A stretch of DNA of 64,000 nucleotides, from contig JAPYUM010000009.1 in the NCBI GenBank assembly GCA_029940535.1, positions 13,607 through 77,606 on the forward strand. The letters are read 5' to 3'. The stretch is from Vicinamibacterales bacterium (GTDB lineage Bacteria > Acidobacteriota > Vicinamibacteria > Vicinamibacterales > UBA8438). Of this stretch, positions 9,936 through 18,726 are shown piece by piece. Numbering within the stretch: position 1 is the first letter of the stretch; the number at the start of each line of letters is the position of its first letter. The notes beneath the pieces were generated by a model, which did not search any database, was not told the DNA's origin, and saw only the letters and a program-made list of their open reading frames with translations. A program made the translations under genes and the position numbers.

Positions 9936-10209
9936 GTCCACGGTTGGAATCCGAGCCCTCAAACAAAACGCGTCGGCCGTTGTGGCGGAAGCGGCCAGTG
10001 GCGCACTCGTCACGATCACCGATCGTGGCCGCCCGGTCGCGCAATTGGTGCCGGTCACCGGGAGCCGGGTCAAGGCGCTTATCGCCGCGGACCGAGCGCG
10101 ACCGGCGCGACGCCCCCTGAGTGAGCTTGCGGCTCCACCACGACGACGACGAGGTCGTCGAGCGCTGTCGGCAGAACTGGAGCGGATGCGTCAGTCGGAG
10201 CGGTACTGA
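9934..10209 (+). CDS. Type II antitoxin, Phd/YefM family
   Basis: MSTVGIRALKQNASAVVAEAASGALVTITDRGRPVAQLVPV is a typical Phd/YefM N-terminus. It sits directly upstream of a PIN toxin. Confidence 0.85.
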   Translation: MSTVGIRALKQNASAVVAEAASGALVTITDRGRPVAQLVPVTGSRVKALIAADRARPARRPLSELAAPPRRRRGRRALSAELERMRQSERY

Positions 10210-10211
10210 GC

Positions 10212-10601
10212 GTGTTCTACCTGGACACATCGGCCGCCGTGAAGCTGGTCGTGGCCGAACCGGGTACGACGGCACTCCGGAGGTGGCTGACGCCGCGCGA
10301 CGGCCAGATTGCCTCGAGCGATCTTCTGCGCACCGAGCTCTTGAGAGCGACGCGACGGGTTGCCCCCGAGCAGATGGTGTTGGCTCGCGCCGTACTCGAT
10401 GCGCTCATCCTCGTGACGCTGCCATCGTCGGTGTTCGAGCGGGCGGCGATGCTCGAGCCCGATCTGCTTCGCAGTCTGGACTCGCTCCACCTGGCCGCGG
10501 CGCTCGAACTGGGTGATGAACTGGACGGAATCGTGACGTATGACCGTCGACTTGCGGCCGGAGCCCAAGCGGTCGGGATTCGAACGGTCGCTCCGAATTG
10601 A
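10212..10601 (+). CDS. vapC: Type II toxin, PIN-domain ribonuclease VapC
   Basis: GTG start 2 nt after the antitoxin stop codon. MFYLDTSAAVKL provides the first acidic residue, and LDSLHLAAA plus TYDRRL are PIN-like. Confidence 0.85.
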   Translation: MFYLDTSAAVKLVVAEPGTTALRRWLTPRDGQIASSDLLRTELLRATRRVAPEQMVLARAVLDALILVTLPSSVFERAAMLEPDLLRSLDSLHLAAALELGDELDGIVTYDRRLAAGAQAVGIRTVAPN

Positions 10602-10678
10602 GCCCGCCTTCGCCGAGGCTACGGCGGGCGGGCCCGCCAGGTGACGGTATGGTGTGGGGAGTCCGCTCCCGGTGACGC

Positions 10679-11674
10679 CTACTCGATCACCGTGACCGTG
10701 ACGTCCGAGTCGACACCCAGGGCGCCATCAGACGCGAGGCACCGCAGCACATATGTACCCGGCTCGTCAAAGGTCACTTCGGTTTCGAAGACGCCGTCCT
10801 CGGGGAGGGGCGGCGGATACCAGTAGTTGGCCCACGGCGAGTTCGCGTGTACCCGGGTGTCTTCCCAGACCTTGGTCTGCTCGGGGGCGAACGTGACCAG
10901 TCCCGAGCCTCGATACACATACCAGGACAGCCGTAGTCCGGTTGCGCTGCCGACCGTGATCTGTCGCGGCTTCATCCATCCGGTCGGCACATCCGACGCG
11001 GCGCGACCGAACGGGCTGGTGCTCCGGCGAGGTTCGGTGGTCTTGGGTACCCCGTCGTCGGTCGCTACCGCAGTGAGCGTGAGCGGTTCGCCGACCTGGA
11101 CCGTGTGTGCCCCGTCGCCACGGACGGTGAGTGTCGGGGCCACGTTGGCCCGGATCACGGGGTCCGTCGTGCCGGCACCGATCGCGCCCTGCTCCGACGC
11201 TTTGATCAAGCCGTCGACCCGGTAGTCGAGCCGGAGCGACGCGTAGGCGCTCACGGTCGTGCCATTCGCGGTGAGCGTCCAGACGACCTCGTCCTGTTCC
11301 CTGAATCCCTCCGGCACCGGCACCCGAAATACGAAACGGTTGCGCCGGGGGAGGAAGTGGGTCGGTTGTCCCTGGTCCGCCACCGCGGCGTCGAAAGTCG
11401 CAGACTCGGGGCTTCCGGTTCCCGCCTCGCCCAGGACGAAATAGTTGTCAGGACCGACCGGGATGTCCAGCTCCTGCTCCCAGTTCGAGTTCATGTAGCC
11501 GAAGAGAAAGTATCTGCTCCCATCCTCCTCGTCTTCCCAGCCCTCGAAGGCGGTCGACACCGGCTGTCCGGAGCGGTAGGTGAGCTGCGCCTCGGCGGCG
11601 GGTGCGACCAGCAGCATGGCGGCCAGGGCCGGGAGCGCGACTGCGGCGACGACACGTCGAAGTGTGACGATCAT
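10679..11674 (-). CDS. Secreted protein of unknown function with Ig/PKD-like C-terminal modules
   Basis: Signal peptide (LVAPAAEAQ). ATGA overlap with the upstream haem protein gene. TLTVRGDGAHTVQVGEPLTLTAVATDDG and GTYVLRCLASDG look like beta-sandwich modules. Confidence 0.7.
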   Translation of the reverse strand: MIVTLRRVVAAVALPALAAMLLVAPAAEAQLTYRSGQPVSTAFEGWEDEEDGSRYFLFGYMNSNWEQELDIPVGPDNYFVLGEAGTGSPESATFDAAVADQGQPTHFLPRRNRFVFRVPVPEGFREQDEVVWTLTANGTTVSAYASLRLDYRVDGLIKASEQGAIGAGTTDPVIRANVAPTLTVRGDGAHTVQVGEPLTLTAVATDDGVPKTTEPRRSTSPFGRAASDVPTGWMKPRQITVGSATGLRLSWYVYRGSGLVTFAPEQTKVWEDTRVHANSPWANYWYPPPLPEDGVFETEVTFDEPGTYVLRCLASDGALGVDSDVTVTVIE

Positions 11675-13200
11675 TGCTGCTGACCACCTGCCGCTTCCGC
11701 CGCGGCCTTGGCCGCCTCGGCCGCAGCCTCAGCCTCCTTGAGCGAGGTGCGTGCGTCTTCCACCTGCTTCTCGGCCCGTGCCAGCTCGTCAGCCGGGCTC
11801 ACCTCTTCGGGAATGACGAGGCACAGCGGGCACCCGATAACATGGTCATTCCGCGTCAGGTTGTGCTGATCGCGGCGCTCGCTCATCGCCGCCTGGAACT
11901 GGTCGTCGGTCAACGAGACGCCGTTGCCCAGGTCGATGAACATGTTCGAGACCGACCGGTTGCCAGAGCCCTGCCAGTTCCGCGGGTCCGGGATGTTCTT
12001 GTTGGACTGGGTGTTGTCCATCTCGCCGGTGATGTGCAGAATCGTGCCTTTCGGCAGCAGCGGCTCGTAGCCATGCGCGTATTGATACCCACGCACCCAG
12101 TTGTGGTCGTATCCCACGCAGGTGAGCGTCTCGACGTTGATGCCCCAGATCGCCTCCAGGCACATCCGTGCCCCCGGTGCGTGCAGATGCGGTTCGAACG
12201 TCGTGATCTTGGTGTTCTGCGGCAGGACGTAGTAGGCGTGGAGTTCCTGATTCTTCTGGTTCGGCAGGATGTCGATGTCTACCCCATTCCCGAGCGGACG
12301 AAGTGCCCACTGGAACTTCGGCTCGTAGTCTTTCGGCTGGAAGCGCCAGCCGATTTCCAGGTGCGACTTGGTGTCCTTGCCGTTGGAGTGCAGGTGGACC
12401 GAGTCCGACACCACCTTGCTGCCCGCGTGTAGCAACGGTGACCCGTCCGGGTCGAAGACATCGGCGTTGCGACCGACCTCGTGCACCGGCCAGAACGACC
12501 CGCCGGTTGGTTTGCCGTCCTCGCCCATCGCCTGCGTGCTCCAGATCATGTGGTGGAAGATGAACCGACCACCCACGGTCTCGCGCGAGTCCTCGGTATC
12601 CAGCACATCATTGATTTCGCGAATCTCGACCGAGGCCACATACCTGTCTTCCGTGATGCCCACGTCGACCGGGGTAATCTCGCCCCACCAGTCAGGGGCT
12701 TCACCGGCCAGGATGAGCTCGTCGGTGACGGTGATCAGGTCCGGTTCACCGGCCGTCCAGAGCCCGGCCCCACCGGTCGGCTTGGGCGGTGGCATGTCGG
12801 CCGGGTTCCCGCGGGGCGCGCCGGCGTCGGCCCAGGCGGCCACTTTCGCCACCTCCTCGTCGCTGAGCGAGGGGTCGAACTGATACTCCTGGATGCCGAT
12901 GTTCCTCTCGACATACCACGGCGGCATCACCCCGGCCACCGGTCCCATCCCGGTCCGCATCTTTATCGCGCGGGCCCAGGGACGTACTTCGTCGTAGGTG
13001 ATCAGTGACATCGGCGCCACGGACTCCGGCTGATGACAGTGCTGGCAGCTGCGTTGCAGAATCGGCGCGATGTCTTTGGTGAATGTCACCTCGTGGTCGG
13101 CCGGCGCCGACTGACCCACGGATACACCGGGAACCGCGAGGACGGCCACGAATGCCGCGCCCATGCCAAATTTCACGCTGCGAGTAAGATGCGAACTCAT
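11671..13200 (-). CDS. Secreted haem-c protein with copper-monooxygenase-like His motifs
   Basis: Signal peptide. KDIAPILQRSCQHCHQ gives a CxxCH haem site in a PSCyt-like context. FHHMIW, VHLHSNG and PHLHAPG are His motifs. The C-terminal tail is Ala/Glu-rich. Start taken at the ATG at 13200. Confidence 0.75.
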   Translation of the reverse strand: MSSHLTRSVKFGMGAAFVAVLAVPGVSVGQSAPADHEVTFTKDIAPILQRSCQHCHQPESVAPMSLITYDEVRPWARAIKMRTGMGPVAGVMPPWYVERNIGIQEYQFDPSLSDEEVAKVAAWADAGAPRGNPADMPPPKPTGGAGLWTAGEPDLITVTDELILAGEAPDWWGEITPVDVGITEDRYVASVEIREINDVLDTEDSRETVGGRFIFHHMIWSTQAMGEDGKPTGGSFWPVHEVGRNADVFDPDGSPLLHAGSKVVSDSVHLHSNGKDTKSHLEIGWRFQPKDYEPKFQWALRPLGNGVDIDILPNQKNQELHAYYVLPQNTKITTFEPHLHAPGARMCLEAIWGINVETLTCVGYDHNWVRGYQYAHGYEPLLPKGTILHITGEMDNTQSNKNIPDPRNWQGSGNRSVSNMFIDLGNGVSLTDDQFQAAMSERRDQHNLTRNDHVIGCPLCLVIPEEVSPADELARAEKQVEDARTSLKEAEAAAEAAKAAAEAAGGQQQ

Positions 13201-13368
13201 GAGGGACCCCTTGTTTGCGAGCGACACTCCGGTACCTGAATCAAGTACTTCCGCCAGAATACGCTGCCCGCCAGTCAATGTCTATTGGACTTAGGGCCCA
13301 GATCCACCGGTTGGGGGAAGCCTCAGTCGGCCACCAGGGCTGACTCAATCTGATACAGATACACCCGC

Positions 13369-13998
13369 ATGCCAAGACGTGCCGCCGCCTCGTCCCGACT
13401 CGAACTCCATGTGCGCGAGCTGCTCCGCTGCACCAGATGTCCCCAGATGCACCGGCCCGCCGTCAGCGGAGGCGCCGTGCTGAGCAAGGTGCTGCTCGTC
13501 GGTCAAGCGCCTGGAGACAAGGAGCCAAAGCTGGGGCGGCCGTTCGCCTGGACGGCCGGTCGGACGCTGTTTCGCTGGTTCGAGGAGAGTTGCGGGATCG
13601 ATGAAGCCTCGTTCCGTTCGTCCATCTACATGGCCGCGGTCTGTCGATGTTTCCCCGGCAAGAAAGCGTCAGGAGGCGATCGGGTGCCGTCGCGTGACGA
13701 AATTGCCAACTGTGCGGTGTGGCTGCAGGCGGAGTTTGACCTGCTCAAACCGGAACTGGTGATTCCGGTGGGCAAGCTGGCGATCGAGCAGTTTGTGCCA
13801 TGCCCGTCGTTGGTGGAGGTGGTTGGTCGGCGGCTGCGGGTCCGGTATGCGGGACACACAACCGACTTGATCCCGTTGCCGCATCCGTCCGGTGCCTCGC
13901 CGTGGCCTCGGATGGAACCGGGAAAAACGCTCTTGAGACGTGCGCTCGGGCTGATTTCGGCCCACCCGGCGATCGATGCGGGTGGAGGCGGAAGGTGA
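13369..13998 (+). CDS. Uracil-DNA glycosylase superfamily protein
   Basis: LLVGQAPG (motif 1) and LPHPSGASPW (motif 2). Cys residues may form an Fe-S site. Confidence 0.8.
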   Translation: MPRRAAASSRLELHVRELLRCTRCPQMHRPAVSGGAVLSKVLLVGQAPGDKEPKLGRPFAWTAGRTLFRWFEESCGIDEASFRSSIYMAAVCRCFPGKKASGGDRVPSRDEIANCAVWLQAEFDLLKPELVIPVGKLAIEQFVPCPSLVEVVGRRLRVRYAGHTTDLIPLPHPSGASPWPRMEPGKTLLRRALGLISAHPAIDAGGGGR

Positions 13999-14044
13999 GC
14001 ATCACGCCCCACGGCGCGACGCTCACCATCACTGATGCAGTTTG

Positions 14045-14479
14045 CTAGCGAGCCGGCGAGAAATTGGTGGGGTTGAGGAACATCGACTTGACCTCAGTCA
14101 CGATCGGTCCGTCGGCGACGGAGGCAGCACGCATTGGCGCCCACTCCGGGTTCTCGCCGAATCGCGTCCAGGAGGCCGCCGCCGCTTCCCGGCTCTCATG
14201 CGCGAGCATGTAGACCAAGGTGTTTTCCGACAGCTCGGGATCGTCCGGGACCCAGTAGCCCACGCTGTTCATGCCGGCGCGATGAAACAACGACACTTCA
14301 CCGCCGCTGAACCTGGCGAGCAGATTGGGCAGCCGGCCCTCGGCCGTCGTGTAGGTGCGAAGCTCGTACACCATATTGCTCTGCGCCTTGACGACGGAGT
14401 ACTGGTTCACGGCGATCCCGGCCGCGAACGCGAGGACCACCAGACCGATCGTTTTCGCGTGTCTACGGATCATTTTCAC
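14045..14479 (-). CDS. NIPSNAP-family protein with N-terminal signal/anchor
   Basis: VYELRTYTTAEGRLPNLLARF, VGYW and LVYMLAHESREAA are typical NIPSNAP features. The N-terminus is hydrophobic. Confidence 0.8.
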   Translation of the reverse strand: MKMIRRHAKTIGLVVLAFAAGIAVNQYSVVKAQSNMVYELRTYTTAEGRLPNLLARFSGGEVSLFHRAGMNSVGYWVPDDPELSENTLVYMLAHESREAAAASWTRFGENPEWAPMRAASVADGPIVTEVKSMFLNPTNFSPAR

Positions 14480-14499
14480 TCCTAGTTTCTATCTGGCGG

Positions 14500-14958
14500 C
14501 TACTTGAGGTTCGAGTAGTCCGTGGGACTCATGTAGTAGACCTCCGCGCTGATCGGCACCGGGTACTTGGCGAGAAGGGCGTCCCAGGCGGGATCGGCAC
14601 CGAACTTTTGCCAGACGTCCTGGCGATGCTCGAGATCGCGATACGCCAGCATCCACACCAGGGTGTTCGGATCATCGAGACGCTGCCAAACGGCGATCAC
14701 TTCCGCCCCATGCTTCTCGAAGATGGACACTTCTTCCTCACGGAAGCGCTGATGCAATGTGTTGATGTCGCCGCCTTCATCCGCATTCGCGGTATACATG
14801 CGAATTTCAAAACAGCGGGCGGTGGGCGCCACGTTCTTGGAGAAGTCGGCCGGAAGCTGGCTCTGGGGTCCGCACGGCGGCGGCCCGGGGCGCTGGGCCT
14901 GCGCCGTCCCAGTGAATGTGAAACCGAGGACAACGGCGGCGAGAATCGCTCTCTTCAT
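14500..14958 (-). CDS. NIPSNAP-family protein with signal peptide
   Basis: AGGGAGA RBS and MKRAILAAVVLGFTFTGTAQAQ leader. CFEIRMYTA and LVWMLAYRDLEHRQ motifs. The long N-terminal ORF extension is rejected. Confidence 0.8.
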   Translation of the reverse strand: MKRAILAAVVLGFTFTGTAQAQRPGPPPCGPQSQLPADFSKNVAPTARCFEIRMYTANADEGGDINTLHQRFREEEVSIFEKHGAEVIAVWQRLDDPNTLVWMLAYRDLEHRQDVWQKFGADPAWDALLAKYPVPISAEVYYMSPTDYSNLK

Positions 14959-15046
14959 GCTTTGTCTCCCTCTGAAATGGTTGGCGGTCCTCGCGACACA
15001 TCCTCCGTCGCGACAGAGACCGGTTCTAGATATACGTCGACACGGC

Positions 15047-15052
15047 ATTATA
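15047..15052 (-). promoter_or_regulatory. Perfect TATAAT -10 box (minus strand) upstream of the NIPSNAP gene
   Basis: attata on the plus strand reads TATAAT on the minus strand, about 90 nt upstream of the ATG at 14958. The -35 element is weak. Confidence 0.3.
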
Positions 15053-15236
15053 GGGAAGTTGTCGGCGTCTCGGAAGCGGGGGCTCGGGACGGTTCGGCTC
15101 GGATAACGATCGGGCGGGGCCCGTCGACGTCTCGGCAGACGTCGCCGCGAGACCCCGGTCCAAGCCACTCGAGTTCCTCGGCCGAGGCTCGACGACGGTG
15201 TGTCATGGGATGCAACCTGCATCGTAGTTGCCAGCC

Positions 15237-15359
15237 TCAACCGAACACGAGGTCGAGCCGGCCGGGGCAGTCCGCGACAGAGCAGGCGTCGCCCAACCGG
15301 TCGGCGGCCGACAAGGTCTGCGCGAAGGGTGTTCCGGCGACGACGGTCTCGCTGTCCAT
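15237..15359 (-). CDS. Candidate small protein (40 aa, MDSETVVAGTPFAQTLSAADRLGDACSVADCPGRLDLVFG)
   Basis: GGAGG lies 7 nt upstream of the ATG. I counted 35 of 39 codons ending in G or C. It is too short for the ORF track. Confidence 0.3.
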   Translation of the reverse strand: MDSETVVAGTPFAQTLSAADRLGDACSVADCPGRLDLVFG

Positions 15360-15391
15360 GTGCGCGCCTCCGATGTGGCCGAGTCACAGAA

Positions 15392-15847
15392 TCATAACGC
15401 GACCTGGCGGCGGGCCTGAAGCACGCGTCGGGCTCCGAGCTCCCTCAATCGTCCTGTCAATTCCTCGACCGCCTCGACCCTGGGGCAGGTCTCGGCTACA
15501 TACCCGGCCCAGTTCGCCGCATACCGTTCGAGCCAGCGCTCATATTCGTGCCGAGCGTCCGGAGTTGAGACGACTGCGAGGCCCCGCTCGGTCCAGATGT
15601 TAAAACGTTCCACCGCCAGATCGAACAACTGGGAGCGGTACACGGTGGGGTCGAGCGTGACCTGCGCCGTGGTCGCGATCCGAGCGTCCATGTCGCGCAG
15701 CCGGTTGCGGGCGGTTCGGGTGGCCGCCACCCACACTGAGTGCTGGGGCGAGTCTGGATCGAACGGATTGTCGCGCTCGATCGGATCGCGATGCGACCAG
15801 CGCGGCTGGGCAGAATCGAGCGCCGTGGATGGAAACTCTTCGGCCAC
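15392..15847 (-). CDS. Hypothetical protein (151 aa)
   Basis: Composition is protein-like with no signal peptide. I recognise no motif. Confidence 0.55.
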   Translation of the reverse strand: MAEEFPSTALDSAQPRWSHRDPIERDNPFDPDSPQHSVWVAATRTARNRLRDMDARIATTAQVTLDPTVYRSQLFDLAVERFNIWTERGLAVVSTPDARHEYERWLERYAANWAGYVAETCPRVEAVEELTGRLRELGARRVLQARRQVAL

Positions 15848-16014
15848 TCGAAGAGTATAACTGCCCGATTGTTTGACGAATGGTGAGTTCCGACGGACAG
15901 CGTCGGGAACCGACCCGGCCCGACGACCACAACATGTGGCGCACGTTTGGTTTACAATGTGCGCTCAGTAGTTGTGACCGGCGAAACGGGCGTGTCGAAT
16001 CGCCCTTGGTGCCT

Positions 16015-17520
16015 ATGAGAAACCTCGCGGTTCTGCTCGGGCTCGTATCGGCGCTTGCGTTTGTGCTCTCGTCGTCGCCCGCGTCGCTTCCCTTTGCCGC
16101 GGCGCGTGCCCAGACGCAACCCCCATTGCCGGCGGTGGAGGCTCCACCCCGGTCGGCGCTGCTCCCGGCCCAGGAGCATGTGCATGCGCGGTATCAGGCC
16201 GATATCGCCGCCGTGCAACGCTTCCGGCCCACCCACCACTTCTGGCGTCACATCTTCACCATTCCTGACGGCAGCATCATTTTCGGGAGCGCCGAGGACG
16301 GGCGGCTGCTAGCGACGTTCCCCACCCAGGGCAACTGGGCCCGCGAGGGCGTCTGGGAGGATGCGGCGCTCGAAGACACGCTCGAAGGGATCCGACTGCA
16401 GTCGCGGTTGACCCGGCGGCGCGACCAGGTGGAGGCGCTGCTGACGCCGATCGTCGGCGAGGTCGTCCACAACCCGACCCGGGGACGGTTCCTGTCGCCG
16501 CACGCCGCGCGCTACGGTGGGTTCCTGGACCAGTGGGGGCTGATTTATGAGCGGTTCGGGGTGCCAGCCGAGATTGGACTGGCGCAGGCGGTCGTCGAGT
16601 CCGGCTTGAACGGGCGAGCCCGGTCTGGGGCGGATGCCCGGGGTTTCTGCCAGTTTCTCCGCCGGAACTGGAATCATCTGGACCGCCTGGCACCCAACGT
16701 GATCGAGGTCTACAACCAGACCACGCAAGCACCCTACTGCGCCGCGTATCTCAGTATTCTGGCGACGATGTACGGCAGCTTCATTCCCGCGTTGTCAGAG
16801 CACCACGCGGGGGGCGTCAACGTCGGGCGCACCGTCATCAATGGTGAGCGGCTCGGTGGGGCTGACACTCGCGAACAGTATCTGATGGGGTCGGAGTTTG
16901 TGCGCGACCTGCGCAATATCTCGATCCGCCGATACCGAGAGCTGTTTCGAACCTACGGTCCACGGTCGTTCCTGTATTCCGAGATGGTGTTCGGCAACAC
17001 CGTCAACGTACAGCAGCTGAGGGTTGGGGCGGTGCAAACCCCAATTTTCGCCATGCGAACAACGCGCAACCTGCCCTTGAGCGAATTGCGGCGAAAGACC
17101 GGGTTGTCGACCACCGAACTGAAACGCTTTAATCCGGCCTTGGTCAAGCAGGTGCCGGCTCGGGCGAACGTCTACCTGCCAGAGTATGTGGAGGAATTCG
17201 GTGAAGACGTGTCGTTCTGGCACCGTCCGGCGACACCATCTTTCGCCGCCGCCCTCAACGATTTTGTACGCCTGGAAGCGGGCGTGGAACGCTGGCACGA
17301 GGCGTCGTTCGAAGCGACGCTGCGCGAGTTTCAGGAGCGGTTTCAGGAGACCGGCACCGAAGAGGGCACGGTGATGGCCACCACCCTGCGCTATGTCATC
17401 GGTGACCTTCGCACGAGTCGGCGTGCCGCGATTCTGTCGGAGTTCCGGACCAACGGACGTATCCTGGACCTGTTTCGACGCGGACTTCAGGAACTACGGG
17501 CGGGGGCGTCCGACGACTGA
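16015..17520 (+). CDS. Secreted lytic transglycosylase (SLT domain) with a LysM-like segment
   Basis: MRNLAVLLGLVSALAFVL signal peptide. GLAQAVVESGLNGRARSGADARGFCQFL resembles an SLT catalytic ES..G.Q motif. LSELRRKTGLSTTELKRFNPAL is LysM-like. Confidence 0.8.
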   Translation: MRNLAVLLGLVSALAFVLSSSPASLPFAAARAQTQPPLPAVEAPPRSALLPAQEHVHARYQADIAAVQRFRPTHHFWRHIFTIPDGSIIFGSAEDGRLLATFPTQGNWAREGVWEDAALEDTLEGIRLQSRLTRRRDQVEALLTPIVGEVVHNPTRGRFLSPHAARYGGFLDQWGLIYERFGVPAEIGLAQAVVESGLNGRARSGADARGFCQFLRRNWNHLDRLAPNVIEVYNQTTQAPYCAAYLSILATMYGSFIPALSEHHAGGVNVGRTVINGERLGGADTREQYLMGSEFVRDLRNISIRRYRELFRTYGPRSFLYSEMVFGNTVNVQQLRVGAVQTPIFAMRTTRNLPLSELRRKTGLSTTELKRFNPALVKQVPARANVYLPEYVEEFGEDVSFWHRPATPSFAAALNDFVRLEAGVERWHEASFEATLREFQERFQETGTEEGTVMATTLRYVIGDLRTSRRAAILSEFRTNGRILDLFRRGLQELRAGASDD

Positions 17521-17574
17521 AACAGATTCCGTGGGGAGCAGCGGACCAGACCAGATAGCTTGATGGAGAAAGTC

Positions 17575-18726
17575 ATGCCCAATCGAATGCAGACGGTGCT
17601 CAGGGTTCTCGGCGTGTGTGCCGGTGTCCTGGTTGCCCACTCGAGCACCTTTGCCCAGGGTGGCGCGGAGATACCTCGCACGTCGTCCGGTCATCCCGAT
17701 CTCTCCGGCTCGTATGACACCGCTACGGTGACCCCGCTGCAGCGGCCGCGTGCCTTCGGCGATCGGCTCACGTTGACGGCGGAAGAGGCGGCCATCGTCG
17801 CGTCCGATCCGGACGGGTTGGCCAGTACGTTCAATCTCGCTCCGGCGGGGTCGGATGAGCGACAGGCGGCACGTGAGGAGGCCCAGATCGCCGGGTTCGA
17901 AACTGGTGACGGCAACCGGGAAGCGCCACCGGCTGGGGGCGATGGGTCCGGCGGCGCCGCCGGCAACGTGGGTGGTTACAATACCTTCTGGATCGACCGT
18001 GGCGACGACGCCTTCCAGATCAATGGCGAGATTCGCACGTCCATCATCACGGACCCGCCGAACGGCCGACAGCCGCCTCGTACGGAGGCGAACCGGGCCG
18101 CGATGGCCGCCCGCGCCGGTTCCTTCCGTTCCAACAGCGGTACTGCGTGGTGGCTCGAAGACGATTTGAACGCGACCGGACCCTACGACCACCCCGAACA
18201 GCGCCCGCACGCTGAGCGGTGCCTGATGGGGTTCGGGTCGACGGCCGGTCCGCCGATGTTGTCGGTGCTGTACAACAACATGAAACGGATCGTGCAGACC
18301 GACGACACGGTCATGATTCTGGTGGAGATGGTGCACGACGCCCGCATCGTTCGGATGAACGCCGACCACAATCCGCCGGAGATTCGCAGTTGGTTGGGTG
18401 ACTCGGTTGGGCACTGGGAGGGCGACACGCTCATCGTCGACACCACGAACTTCACTGACAACCCCTCGCTGAGCGGCGCGTCACGCAATCTGCACGTGGT
18501 GGAGCGCTTCTCCCGGCTTGACGCTGACACGCTGCTGTACGGGTTCACGGTCGATGACCCGACCGTCTGGACTGCGCCGTGGAGCGGCGAGTATCCCTGG
18601 CCGTCTTCAGACAACAGGGTGTACGAGTACGCCTGCCACGAGGCGAACTACTCGTTTGGCGGAATTCTTCGGGGCGCGCGAGTGCTCGAGCAAGATGCTC
18701 GAGACGCGGCCGGCGCCCGCGACTGA
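17575..18726 (+). CDS. Secreted protein of an uncharacterised conserved family (paralog 1 of 4)
   Basis: GGAG RBS and a signal peptide. Shares HPDLSGSY, TSIITDPPNGRQPPR, ERC, GPPM, HWEGDTLIVDTTNF, VVERF and YEYACHEANY with the other three copies. It carries an extra Gly-rich insert. Confidence 0.85.
   Translation: MPNRMQTVLRVLGVCAGVLVAHSSTFAQGGAEIPRTSSGHPDLSGSYDTATVTPLQRPRAFGDRLTLTAEEAAIVASDPDGLASTFNLAPAGSDERQAAREEAQIAGFETGDGNREAPPAGGDGSGGAAGNVGGYNTFWIDRGDDAFQINGEIRTSIITDPPNGRQPPRTEANRAAMAARAGSFRSNSGTAWWLEDDLNATGPYDHPEQRPHAERCLMGFGSTAGPPMLSVLYNNMKRIVQTDDTVMILVEMVHDARIVRMNADHNPPEIRSWLGDSVGHWEGDTLIVDTTNFTDNPSLSGASRNLHVVERFSRLDADTLLYGFTVDDPTVWTAPWSGEYPWPSSDNRVYEYACHEANYSFGGILRGARVLEQDARDAAGARD

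Noticed and set aside
10570-10592. GTTCGAATCC-like sequence on the minus strand resembling a tRNA T-loop
   Set aside because: The flanking bases do not form a T-stem (only one of five pairs) and there is no acceptor or anticodon arm. It lies inside the vapC coding sequence.
10602-10629. GCCCGCC...GGCGGGC hairpin after vapC as an intrinsic terminator
   Set aside because: The 7-bp stem has a 14-nt loop and no following T-tract, so it is too weak to call.
14959-15387. N-terminal extension of the NIPSNAP ORF (ORF track 14500-15387)
   Set aside because: The extension is Arg-rich junk. An internal ATG at 14958 has a good RBS and gives a canonical signal peptide.
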